Part shown: positions 53,895 through 64,000 of the stretch, piece after piece
Numbering within the stretch: the stretch's first letter is position 1
Layout: every line of letters starts with the position of its first letter
Source of the DNA: Nemertoderma westbladi
Lineage: Eukaryota > Animalia > Xenacoelomorpha
DNA length: 64,000 nucleotides
Assembly: GCA_032718475.1 (NCBI GenBank)
Contig: JAUCBJ010007729.1
Span: forward strand, 1 to 64,000
Reading direction: 5' to 3'
Notes under the pieces: model-generated
Databases searched by the model: none
Told to the model about the DNA's origin: nothing
Seen by the model: the letters and a program-made list of their open reading frames with translations, nothing else
Translations under genes and position numbers: made by a program

Positions 53895-53920
53895 CCGCTC
53901 CCAGAAAATGGGATTTAATT

Positions 53921-55496
53921 CTATAAAATATAAAAAATCACAGTTTCTAAAATATAAAAATACTCTAAACAGTTAGTCTTTCTTACGCGGACGGCGTTTA
54001 CGCAGTCCCCTGAGGCTAGCAAGAGTCCTTTTCTCTTTGGGGCGAGCCACTTTACTAGGAGGGCTATAACTCCTGGGTAAAGGGTGCAATACAATTGCAT
54101 CGGAAGGTTTAGGGTTATGGTCGATGTCTCGTCCATTTCGATATGCTTCTCCTCGAGCTGATTTTCCTCTGCTTATCGTTGGATGCGTTCGTCCAAAAAC
54201 TCTTGCAGAGAATAGGATCGTCCAAGTTCGATATCTTCTTAGAGATTCTGGATTTCCTGATCGAACTGAGATAAAGCTAATTCGTTTACCGCTTGGACTT
54301 GCTGCTGCAATTTACGTTTCTCTAAACAATTATAGGTTCCTTTTCCGATCTTTTGATGAATAGCGTCTAACGCATTTCGTACAACTCTCTCCTCCGCCTC
54401 GGTGACAGGTTGTATCGGGTTAAACAGGGACGATGATACAGTTGAATGACGATATTAGATGTCCGCGTCCCAATCCGGCTAGGTAAGATGGGCGAATATC
54501 TAGGGAGCCCACAACCGGAGTGCCACCGACTAATTGTTCAGGTAACACTAGATCTTTGAACAATGAGTACAGTTCGGGAAGATCCCTGATACTATTAGGG
54601 TCAAGAGTCTGGGTTCTCACTAGGGAGTGAGGAGGTCTGATCGAGTATTCCGGAACTCGGATCATAGGTTTATTTAAGGATCGTTTGAGTCGAGCGAGCG
54701 TCGGTGATACATCGAACAAGTTTCGCTCGAAACTCCCGTAAATATAGCGAGTAAAACCGTGTTTAAAGCAACATCTCCGCGGATGTTTATGTCTTTCCGT
54801 TTGTTGGTTGGGTCTTGGGCATTCATCGCAATAATACCAAAGACGCACGTCTTATAGGGGAAACGCGGGTGATATTTATTCGGTTTTACAATATTCCTCC
54901 ATCTGTTCGAAGCTATCTGGGATGACAGGTAGCGGTCGATCGGCGGTAAGATACATCATAGTGAAATAGAGTCATTTGAGTTCTATCATAGGATCATGAT
55001 GTATACCTTGAGGATATCGAGTTTCTAGATTTTGTTGATTGGCAATATTGAGATATGTTTCTCTCAGGAATTCCAGATAATCGTTGAAGTCGCTGCGTTT
55101 ATCCGGCTCTTCAATGTCTTCTCTTTCGAGTCTGTTTCGAATAGAATTCTCGTGTTCCATTCTCTGTTTATCGTTCCGCCTCCGCTGGGTAGGATATTTA
55201 AATAAAACCATTTCCCTTTCGGTGTCTACATCGTCCGTATCGTGTAAATCGATAGGATGGTCGGTAGTTAAGAAGTCCATATACGTACCATTACGATGCG
55301 TATAGCGAGCGGTGAATTTTCTATAGTCCAATTCACGCGTAAGTTGCTCCTGGGACATTGGCGGTTCGATATAACGACCATCGTCCTCCGTAGTAGTTGG
55401 ACCAGCGTCGCCGCGTATCAAGCTATCAACAAACGCTTGTAAAGGTAGAGTATATCGCTCCCTGATACCAAGATCATCTTCTATTAACTCAGTCAT
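53921..55496 (-). pseudogene. Decayed ~500-codon accessory ORF of unknown function in the Pao 3' region
   Basis: ORFs 54972..55496 and 54420..54848 share one frame, separated by 3 in-frame stops. After a frameshift a helical E/Q-rich frame (EAEERVVRNALDAIHQK...) continues into ORF 53921..54136. Confidence 0.55.
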
Positions 55497-56315
55497 ATCT
55501 GCTATATGAGTTTATCAATATTATAATGAGTTTATATTTAGGCTAGCGGGCGTCGCTGCCTACCCCTCTCGGCCCCCGGACAGCGCAAGATCCTCAGTGC
55601 TGGTGTACTTTCGCCGATGTGCCTATCGCCAACGTAGTAGCTGCACAACGACCACAACAACCAGCGCGAGTCACTCCACCGTCCGTCCCAAAGGCTTAGA
55701 TTTACTTCAGGTTCTTACTGGAGAGTTAGGGCTACTTTCACAATTGCGACTCGCTACTGTAAACACACTTTAGTAGTAACATTCACCTATAAACACACAA
55801 ATTCCACACAACTGTCACAAACCGCACACATTCGGGCCATTTGTCCGTTAGTCAAGTGCCTTCCAGAATGCCACGTTATTATTGGGTATCCTGGGATACT
55901 AGCAGTATGCTATTTATTCCTTATGCTATTCAATGGGCAAGCTTTATTGTTCTTTTAACTCACTTCTAATTCTAGCGTGGTTGTTGCCATGGTGACATTA
56001 TGGAAAGCTAGCGGTAGAATTAGGGTAATTCCCATGCATACAGATCTGGGATGCTATTTAATAGTAATTCTTTAATTGTCAATATTCCTCTTTATACATG
56101 ATTTTATGAATTTTTATCGGCTATTGACCATATATTGGAGATTCTCGCACACTAATACACTTAATAGAGTGAATCTCCGCTCCCATGATCTATTAATTAA
56201 TGGAATTTTGGGAATGTTATAAATTGTATAAAAATGACAATTTATCAAATTCATTAAAAATATGAATTTAAATTTATTCCCGTAAATTTTATTATTTAAT
56301 ATTAAATAGACACAA

Positions 56316-56610
56316 TTTTATTCCAGAACATGTCTGCGGACTGGGATCCTTGATTCTAGGAAATTGGTCTTTTCAAGAATATCGTTAAGTGCTACGATAT
56401 CTTAATAGACTAGAATTTTAATGGATCTAAAATTTGACAGATTTAGTAAATATTAATAATTAATATTTAGGATGGGCACCGGTTTATTCCAGAACTTGTC
56501 TGGGGACATTAACCACTGATTCTAGAATTTTGTCTTTCAAGTATATCGGTGGGTGCCGCGATATCTTAATCGACTAGAATTGCAGATGGTCAAAGGGTTT
56601 AACAGATTTA
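56316..56610. repeat. Two diverged ~130-bp direct repeats (~165-bp period) in the Pao 3' region
   Basis: tttattccagaac.tgtctg.ggac...gatatcttaat.gactagaatt...acagattta occurs twice. Confidence 0.8.
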
Positions 56611-57130
56611 TCTTGCGTTTTACGCTACTGTTAAAGGGACATCACGCTACTATATGTATTATTTAATATACGGTATGAGAGCAATATCGCAAGAAGCAAT
56701 GTCAGTGAGAAGAGGCAAGTCGTTTCCAAGGTCTACCCAGAGCTTGGTTTAGCCGAGACACGAGGATCTGAACTTTGCATTCCTAATACTCTACTTTACC
56801 AATAATACTTGAATATAGTAGGAGCTTTATTGTACTTTAATTAGTACGGACATTTCATCTTACTGTAGTCACGTATTTGTAATGTAATACGGTCAGTAAG
56901 GAAAGAGAAAAGAATTATTTCTCGCCGTCGCACTAAATATATAATATATAAGTAATTAAGTAATAAACGCGAATATATATTGCACTAATCTACTAGATAA
57001 TCGCTAAAATAACATTCTACTAAATAAAATTAAAGAAAACGATTATAATAAAATTACATAATAATACGTACCTAAATATAAAATAATAAAAATATAAAAT
57101 AATATAGTCACACACCCACTCCAGCCGTTG

Positions 57131-60100
57131 TTAAGTTGGGGAGTCCCTAGATGTTTGTTGGATTAGGGAGGTGGTCGTGGGAAGAGTATCTTGCCTTCCA
57201 TAGTTTCCGGAGAGTTCTCTGTCTCTTTCCAGTAAACATAAACGACCAACTGGGCGATTGAGCTGCTGTGTCTCGAAGACAATTCCCGGTTTCTTGAAGT
57301 TACGTCGCATGACGACGAGTTCTACCGATCGCACCAAACCATCATCCGAGATGTGAGTCTCGATGATACGACCTGTCTGCCACCGCTTACGTGGAAGATC
57401 TGAATCCACAATAAGGACCATGTCTCCAGCGCTGACATTTTCTTGCTGCACAAAACAACTTAGTTCGAAGTTGTAGCGTGGGCAGATAATGTTTTTCGAA
57501 ATGGTCAGTGAAACGACGGGATAACAACTGCATAAGTTGCCAAGTTTGCCGGCAGTATTCGTCTCTGTCTGTGATTTCCGATCGTGGGAGCATGGCTACA
57601 GGTTTCTTCAGTAGGAAGTGCGCGGGTGTTAGCGCTTCCAGGGAATCGGGACTCAATGAGACTGGCATAAGCGGTCTCTCGTTGAGATAGGCGGCGATTT
57701 CCTCCATTAACGTCCGCAAAAGTTCGTCGGTGAGATACGCGCGGCACGGCACTATGAAGTGAAATGCGGTCTTCACGCTCCTGATTAATCTCTCCCAACT
57801 TCCTCCCCACCAAGGGGCGTCGGCGGCGTTGAAGGTCCAGCTAGACGCTGTTACCCTTAGCTGATCATCCACCTGTCTTTGGTTCCAATCTTTGACGTAA
57901 GCCTTGATTTCATTGTTGGCACTAATGAAGTTCGTTCCCTTATCAGATCTCATCGTGTTACTAGTTCCAAAGCGAGCGATCTGTCGTCGTAAGCTCAATA
58001 GGAAGCTGTTGATAGATAAATCGTTCACCATATCGAGATGGATAGCTCTACAAGTCATACAAACAAAGATGACACACCATCTCTTGACTATAGTCCTAGC
58101 ATGATATACTTCAATAGGGCCAAATAAATCTACACCGGTATTAGTAAAGGGTGGTTCATAGAAGCTTACTCGTTTCCTAGGTAATTCTGCCTCTCGCTGT
58201 GTTAAAGGCCTACTGAATGCTTTCCTACAGGGTATGCAGTTCCTAAGAACTTGGTTCAGAGCTCTACGGGGTTTATAAAAATAAGAGCGAGTTCGAATTT
58301 CGCTAAGAACTCGTTCTCTACCAGCATGATAAAGTTTGCTGTGAACATCTACAATCATCTTGATTTGTATTTCAAGATTTCTAATGAGTATGGGAAACTT
58401 GGTGTCAAAGGATAATGGAGCATTAGTTAATCTTCCTCCAACACGTATCAACCCATCTATCATTGTGCTAGAGAAACGATCCCTTAAGCGCATCTGTGGA
58501 TTTCTCAACAACAGGAAATACTTATCGGAATCCTCATAGCATTGCAGGAGTCTCAGCATCTGCTTGTTGGTTTCTTCATGCTCCTGATAACTGATCTTCT
58601 CCTTCAGAAACCTGTCGGATATCTTATATTTGGGAAGATCTTTAACAACATGGACCTGCACAGATGTCAGTGGAGCGGTATCACTATTGGTCTTCGTCCT
58701 GGAGTAGTGATGATGAAAACATCGCTTTAAATATGTAACGGCCTTACAGAGCCGATTCCAGGAACTGTAGTGATATATCGCTCTCTGCAGGAGAGGTGAG
58801 AGTCCTTGCGAGACGTCTGGAATTCCAGATTTCCAATCCCTCTCTCTGATTTCCACAACAGACTTATTTGTGGCTGTGGGTTTCGGATCCAAAGCGTCGT
58901 CTCCGGAAGTGTGTAGTACAGACAGATCTACCACGGGTTTAAATAACTTTGATTTACTCGCCCGAGTTTTAGGTTTGACTTTCTCCGCTCCCTTGGCCTG
59001 TCTAATCTCTGCCGTAGTAAGATGAGGAGGCCATTCATCCTCTTCTTTGCTTAGGAAGTCGGGTCCACCTAACCAGTCTGGAGTATCTATCAGTTCTTGT
59101 GGAGTTGCTCCCCTGGAGGCGATGTCTGCTGGATTAATCGTTCCGGGGCAATGTCTCCATTGATCCATCTTCGTGCGACTAAGTATAATGGCTACTCTGT
59201 TGGTAACGAAGACGCTGAACTGACAGACTTCATTGGTTATATACTCCAACACGAGTAAAGCATCAGTCCAATAGACAGTTTTCTCCAGTGGATAGTCGAT
59301 CTGTTCTGTTACATTCCGGCCTATGGCTGTAGCGTATAGAGCCGCTTTTAACTCCGTTCGAGGAACTTTCAACTTGTTGTTTATCAATGCCTTAGAGGTA
59401 ACCAAGGCGACTTTGATTCCATCCGGAGTTTCCACTCTCAGGTAGGCTACTATACCTATTCCCATATCGCTGGCGTCTCCAAACACATGGAGTTGATAGG
59501 AATACGTAGGGAGAACATGACCAAAATATGAACGGGAAATTATAAAGTTCTCGATGGCTGGTAGAGAATCTTCCCATTTCATCCACTTCTTTAATAATTC
59601 TCCCTTAAGTGGATCGTCCCATGAGTGGTTTTCCAGCCACATTTGTTGTACTAAACTCCGAGCAATTAATATAACTGGGCTAATAAATCCCAATGGATCG
59701 AAATAAGTGCTCAGGATACTTAAACAAATCCGTTTAGTCCGAATTGGATTATCTCGCTGTTTTAGCTGGAAAAACAGGATATCTCTCTCTGTGTCCCATT
59801 TCAAACCAAGTGTCTTGGTTTCTGGAAGATCATCTTTGATTAGGTCTAGGTCTTTCGCTCCTCGATCTTCTACCGGGATCGATTCTAGATACTCACGAGA
59901 GTTGCTGGTGAATTTAGTTAATCGAAATCCACCTCTTTTTAAGCACTCTACCATTCCTTTGGCGACATCAATGGCTTCTCGTCCATGTATATATCCCGTT
60001 TGATGTTGTCGATCACCTCTTTTGAGAAGGCGTCCCGGTTGTCATCAGCAGTGGTGCGCACCACTGAGCAGGCGTTTGAAGGGCTTGAGATGATCCCAAA

Positions 60101-61755
60101 AGCCTGGATGGTCATCCAATACTCCACCGGTTTCTGGCTGAGGTCTCCTTCAGGCCACCACAGAAATCGTAGGCTGTCTCGATCACTGTCCAGCGCCTTG
60201 ACTTGTAAGAACATGCCTTCTATATCGGAGGCGAAAGCGATTGAATATTGTCGTAATCTTAAGAGTATTCCCAACAAGGATTGGACTAAGTTGGGTCCTG
60301 GTAACAACTCGGAATTAAGGGATTGGCCCATGTAGAGGGCGGAGCCGTCGAATACTACTCGTACCTCATGAGGTTTACCGGGTTTGGTAGTACGTTCTTG
60401 GTTAAATAGTACGTTCTTTCAGTTAGGGGTGTTCCTTCCGGTACTCGCTCTGCATATCCCTTGTTAATAAATTTCTTCAACTGAGTCTGATACATTTCTT
60501 TAGCTGAAGCATTTGCCGTAAGGCGTCGATGTAGTTGAGCAATTCTTTTCTCCGCCAAGGGTCGGTTGTTTATGAATTTTGGTTCTCGCTTTCGGAATGG
60601 GAGACCGATTTCATATCTACCTTGATCTTTAAGAAAACGTGTAGTTGTCTCCTGGATCTGCTTGGCTCTTTCTTCTTCTACCGATAGGGCCTTATCGTAG
60701 GAATTGGGCTCTACAGCCTCTTGAGTAAAGAATCGTACGGCGTGTTCATCTCGAGTTTTTGCGTTATATCTCTCGATTGCGTCATTCAGTTCGTCGTTAT
60801 AGTCGACTTGTCCTGATGGACGAATGACTTGACATAGGTTCACTTGGTTTTGCCAAGTCTCGTTTTCCGTAAGGATATCGATGGCATTCTCCTCGTCGAA
60901 GAGCTGGTGGATATCGTCATTATCTGAGGAGTATGGTGTTCCCTCAGTTGGGTCGTCAACTTTGCTGCTCTCCACTTCACATTCACTTAATTGATATACC
61001 TGTTCTTTTGGTAATCTTTCCATGAGAGTTCTACGTGAAGGGCCAGTAAAGTACCAACCTACTCTAGTTCTTCCCGCATAGGCTTGTAGTGGTTGCGGTT
61101 GAGCAGGCCGTTTCTCCAATGTCTCAAGCGCTTCATGCGCATTTTGGCCGATGAGTATTTGCACTCCAGGGTAATCTGTGTTGAATCTAGGTATATTAAG
61201 CTGCTGGGTGGAATCGTCCTCATCCCAGTTATAAGGTTCTACTTGACTGGTAGCGAAGTTCTTTATCGCCACCATTTTTACTGACCTAGTTCATCCTGGG
61301 GGGTGGACAACGCACCTACATAATAATCCGTTATTACTGTAGATTTCCAAACCTGCATAATTCCTGACATGTTTAACTTAGTTCGGAACTTGGGTTGTCC
61401 AGCAAAGATGTCTTCGGCTAGTTCTTTGTCGATGAATGTTCCTGTGCTACCGGAGTCAAGGAGGGCGTTCACTATATAACTCCTTTTAGGTCCGTGGACC
61501 CTTAACTGTACTACGGGAAATTCTCGGATTCCTACATTGGAAGTTGGTGCTTTCCAAGATGGTTGTCGGTCAGAAGTAGTTAGGGGGAGCTCGCTGTCTG
61601 TGTCTTTTTCATACGTAAGTGCTCGATACACTGCGGTATTTATCAGGTAACAGGATTCGTTTTCATCGGAGAATTTGTCCGTATAGAATCCTTCCATCTC
61701 AGAACTTTGGTCAGTGTCGTTCACATCACTGAATTGGACATGTAGTTCGGAAAAT
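57131..61755 (-). mobile_element. BEL/Pao pol (protease, RT, RNase H, integrase), disrupted and 5'-truncated
   Basis: Protease ALLDSGSTGTFI; RT SLNSELLPGPNL, SDIEGMFLQV, YMD; FDPLGF; RNase H LHVFGDAS, WTDA, NPADIASRG; integrase GVDLFGP, SDKGTNF, PWWGGSWERL, LTPAHFL; C-terminal WQTGRI..DGLVR. Confidence 0.96.
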
Positions 61756-62094
61756 GTCACTCCGACACATATTAAACCTGAGTGGTATTTTCTTTCTGCA
61801 TATGCTGTGCTGCGGGCCATCCCAAATAAGAGTCTAGGAGTTGTGGCTCTTGCAATGTTTTTTGGGATTTTTTTTTTTATTCCTTTTTTTAATAAGACTC
61901 AGCGAGTTTCTGGGCAATTTGGTTTTTTTTTTAAATTTCTTTTTTGACTGTGGTGAGCTTGTGTTATTTTTCTCGTTTGGATTGGGGGCAAACCAGCAGA
62001 AGATCCATTTATTGGGGTGAGGGTAGTGTTTGCATTTTTTTATTTTTTTCTTGTTGGGCTGATTACAATAGTTCGTGAGTTGAAGTCTTATTAG
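61756..62094 (+). pseudogene. cob: Mitochondrial cytochrome b 3' end (NUMT or mt-derived)
   Basis: [29 protein letters not shown]...WIGGKPAEDPFI; open to TAG at 62092-62094 when TGA=Trp. Confidence 0.93.
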
Positions 62095-62200
62095 CTTATA
62101 TACTTGATCAACTAAAGTATTTTTTGTATATTTTATTTAGGTTAAAAAGGGCCAGTATGGTGGTTGAAAACGTAATTTGGTTTTAATGAAGGTGTGAGGG

Positions 62201-62261
62201 GCTACTGTAGTTTAAAAAAAATATAAATTTTGTAATTTTAAGATGGCGGGCCTCAGCAGCT
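62201..62261 (+). tRNA. trnT: Mitochondrial-type tRNA-Thr (UGU)
   Basis: Acceptor gctactg/cagcagc, anticodon loop tt-TGT-aa, short T arm. Confidence 0.6.
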
Positions 62262-62267
62262 TTTTTG

Positions 62268-62341
62268 GCTTTTATAGTTGAGGTTAACAATTTAAATTTT
62301 TCATTTTTAAGGTGATGGAAATCCATCTTTAAGTAAAAGCT
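62268..62341 (+). tRNA. trnE: Mitochondrial-type tRNA-Glu (UUC)
   Basis: Acceptor gctttta/taaaagc, D stem gttg/taac, loop tt-TTC-at, T stem gatgg/ccatc, with 6 extra nt before the acceptor. Confidence 0.55.
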
Positions 62342-62370
62342 TTTTTTTGGGGAGAGGGGCAATTAGTTAC

Positions 62371-62755
62371 ATGGCTTCATTTGTATGTTTGTTTTTTATT
62401 GTGTTGTATTTAGTCTTATTATTAGTGTTATTATTTTTTTTTTTAGTACAGGGGTGAATTATTTTTGAAGATTTGGCTATAGATCAAAAGTTACTCCATT
62501 TGAATGTGGGTTTGATTCCACTGCTAAATCTAAAAATCTGTTTTGTATGCCCTTTTCTGTTCATTTTTTTAGTGTGTGTGTGATTTTTCTTCTTTTTGAT
62601 GCGGAGGTTTGTTTTATTTTTTCTACGGTGCTTAGTATTTCGTGAGAGGCATCAATGAGATTTTTTGTGCTTTTTATTATTATTACTAGGGTAGTTGTAG
62701 GGTTTTTTTATGAATGATGGAAAGGGGGTATGGAGTGGGAGTTTTTATTTTATAG
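62371..62755 (+). pseudogene. nad3: Mitochondrial NADH dehydrogenase subunit 3
   Basis: Hydrophobic N-terminus, KVTPFECGFD, PFSVHFF...FLLFDAE, FYEWWKGGMEW. One frameshift near a poly-T run; the 3' end is approximate. Confidence 0.88.
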
Positions 62756-63021
62756 CGAATTAAAGAAAAAACAAAATCAGCTTGTAGTGGGAGAAGAATT
62801 CTATTAATAAAGTTTTGATAGAGGGGGGGGGGGCCTAGTAATGATTTTAAATTAAGTGTGAGGGGCAAACCTCATTAAGTTGCATTTTTTTTATAATAAT
62901 GAGATATAAAAATTTATTTAAAATTCAAGACCGGTGAGGGATTGTTTTTAAAGAAATATTCCCTACTTAAATTTTTTTAATTTGAGTTAAAATTTTTAGA
63001 TTTTGGGGGTTTGGTGCCCAA

Positions 63022-63087
63022 AAGAGAGAATTAGATAGAATAAGTGATTTTTTAAGTCACTTTAGTTGATTATTTCAGCCTTTCTTT
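63022..63087 (+). tRNA. trnK: Mitochondrial-type tRNA-Lys (UUU), copy 1
   Basis: Acceptor aagagag/ctttctt, anticodon stem gtgat/gtcac with loop tt-TTT-aa, T stem gttga/tcagc. Confidence 0.65.
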
Positions 63088-63485
63088 AGATTTTTATATT
63101 AGTTTTTCAGTTTAGTCTCAACCCCCCTCCGGTTGGGAGGGAGGGGATAGATAGAGAGGGAATATTTTTAGTGTAACCCGAGTAGGTTTAGGAGGAGTAG
63201 TGTTTAATTATGGTCCTGCCCTAAAGATAGTGAGTTTAGTCATTGCGCAATTTAGATTGCTTTAGAGAAAATTTCTTAAAGATTGAATTTTCTTCCTCTC
63301 ACATATTTTTTTAAATTAAGTGTGAGGGGCAAACCTCATTAAGTTGCATTTTTTTTTATAATAATGAGATATAAAAATTTATTTAAAATTCAAGACCGGT
63401 GAGGGATTGTTTTAAAGAAATATTCCCTACTTAAATTTTTTTAATTTGAGTTAAAATTTTTAGATTTTGGGGGTTTGGTGCCCAA

Positions 63486-63551
63486 AAGAGAGAATTAGAT
63501 AGAATAAGTGATTTTTTAAGTCACTTTAGTTGATTATTTCAGCCTTTCTTT
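63486..63551 (+). tRNA. trnK: Mitochondrial-type tRNA-Lys (UUU), copy 2 (a third, truncated copy starts at 63959)
   Basis: Same sequence as copy 1, offset by 464 bp. Confidence 0.65.
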
Positions 63552-64000
63552 AGATTTTTATATTAGTTTTTCAGTTTAGTCTCAACCCCCCTCCGTTGGG
63601 AGGGAGGGGATAGATAGAGAGGGAATATTTTTAGTGTAACCCGAGTAGGTTTAGGAGGAGTAGTGTTTAATTATGGTCCTGCCCTAAAGATAGTGAGTTT
63701 AGTCATTGCGCAATTTAGATTGCTTTAGAGAAAATTTCTTAAAGATTGAATTTTCTTCCTCTCACATATTTTTTTTAAATTAAGTGTGAGGGGCAAACCT
63801 CATTAAGTTGCATTTTTTTTTTATAATAATGAGATATAAAAATTTATTTAAAATTTAAAATTCAAGACCGGTGAGGGATTGTTTTTAAAGAAATATTCCC
63901 TACTTAAATTTTTTTAATTTGAGTTAAAATTTTTAGATTTTGGGGGCTTGGTGCCCAAAAGAGAGAATTAGATAGAATAAGTGATTTTTTAAGTCACTTT

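Larger units (their letters stand above)
62845..64000 (+). repeat. 464-bp tandem repeat (~2.5 units, runs off the window), resembling a mitochondrial non-coding region, with hairpins
   Basis: attaagtgtgaggggcaaacctca recurs at 62851, 63315 and 63779; the units differ mainly in homopolymer lengths. Confidence 0.95.

Noticed and set aside
61278-61820. 180-aa ORF as a single gene
   Set aside because: It is chimeric: the first ~22 codons are antisense cob and the rest is Pao protease region.
62095-62200. Possible trnS2 or trnF after cob (ggttgaaaa loop)
   Set aside because: I could not fold convincing stems.

Overview
This is an animal (probably invertebrate) nuclear, repeat-rich window; nothing in it looks prokaryotic and there is no CRISPR array. 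From 0.2 to 9.5 kb, a decayed PHD-finger ORF is cut by the 3' LTR of a Ty3/Gypsy element, whose pol is in turn interrupted by an L1/Tx1 LINE. From 10 to 23.6 kb lie two minisatellites, L2 and RTE fragments, MITEs, a SINE, a dead Tc1 transposon and the first coding exon of an SLC43-like transporter. A 3.4-kb exon encoding a double-PH-domain protein (23.8-27.2 kb) directly abuts a ~25-kb array of a 27-bp satellite (27.4-52.7 kb). The array contains an apparently exact 4.66-kb internal duplication and a young 5'-truncated RTE insertion with a 14-bp TSD, fused in frame to the satellite's open reading frame. A BEL/Pao LTR element with a decayed ~500-codon extra ORF bounds the array on the right. 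It is truncated at ~61.76 kb by mitochondrial sequence (cob 3' end, trnT, trnE, nad3, 464-bp tandem repeats each carrying trnK), which is either a NUMT or an assembly chimera. All calls come from reading motifs by eye; no database searches were run.
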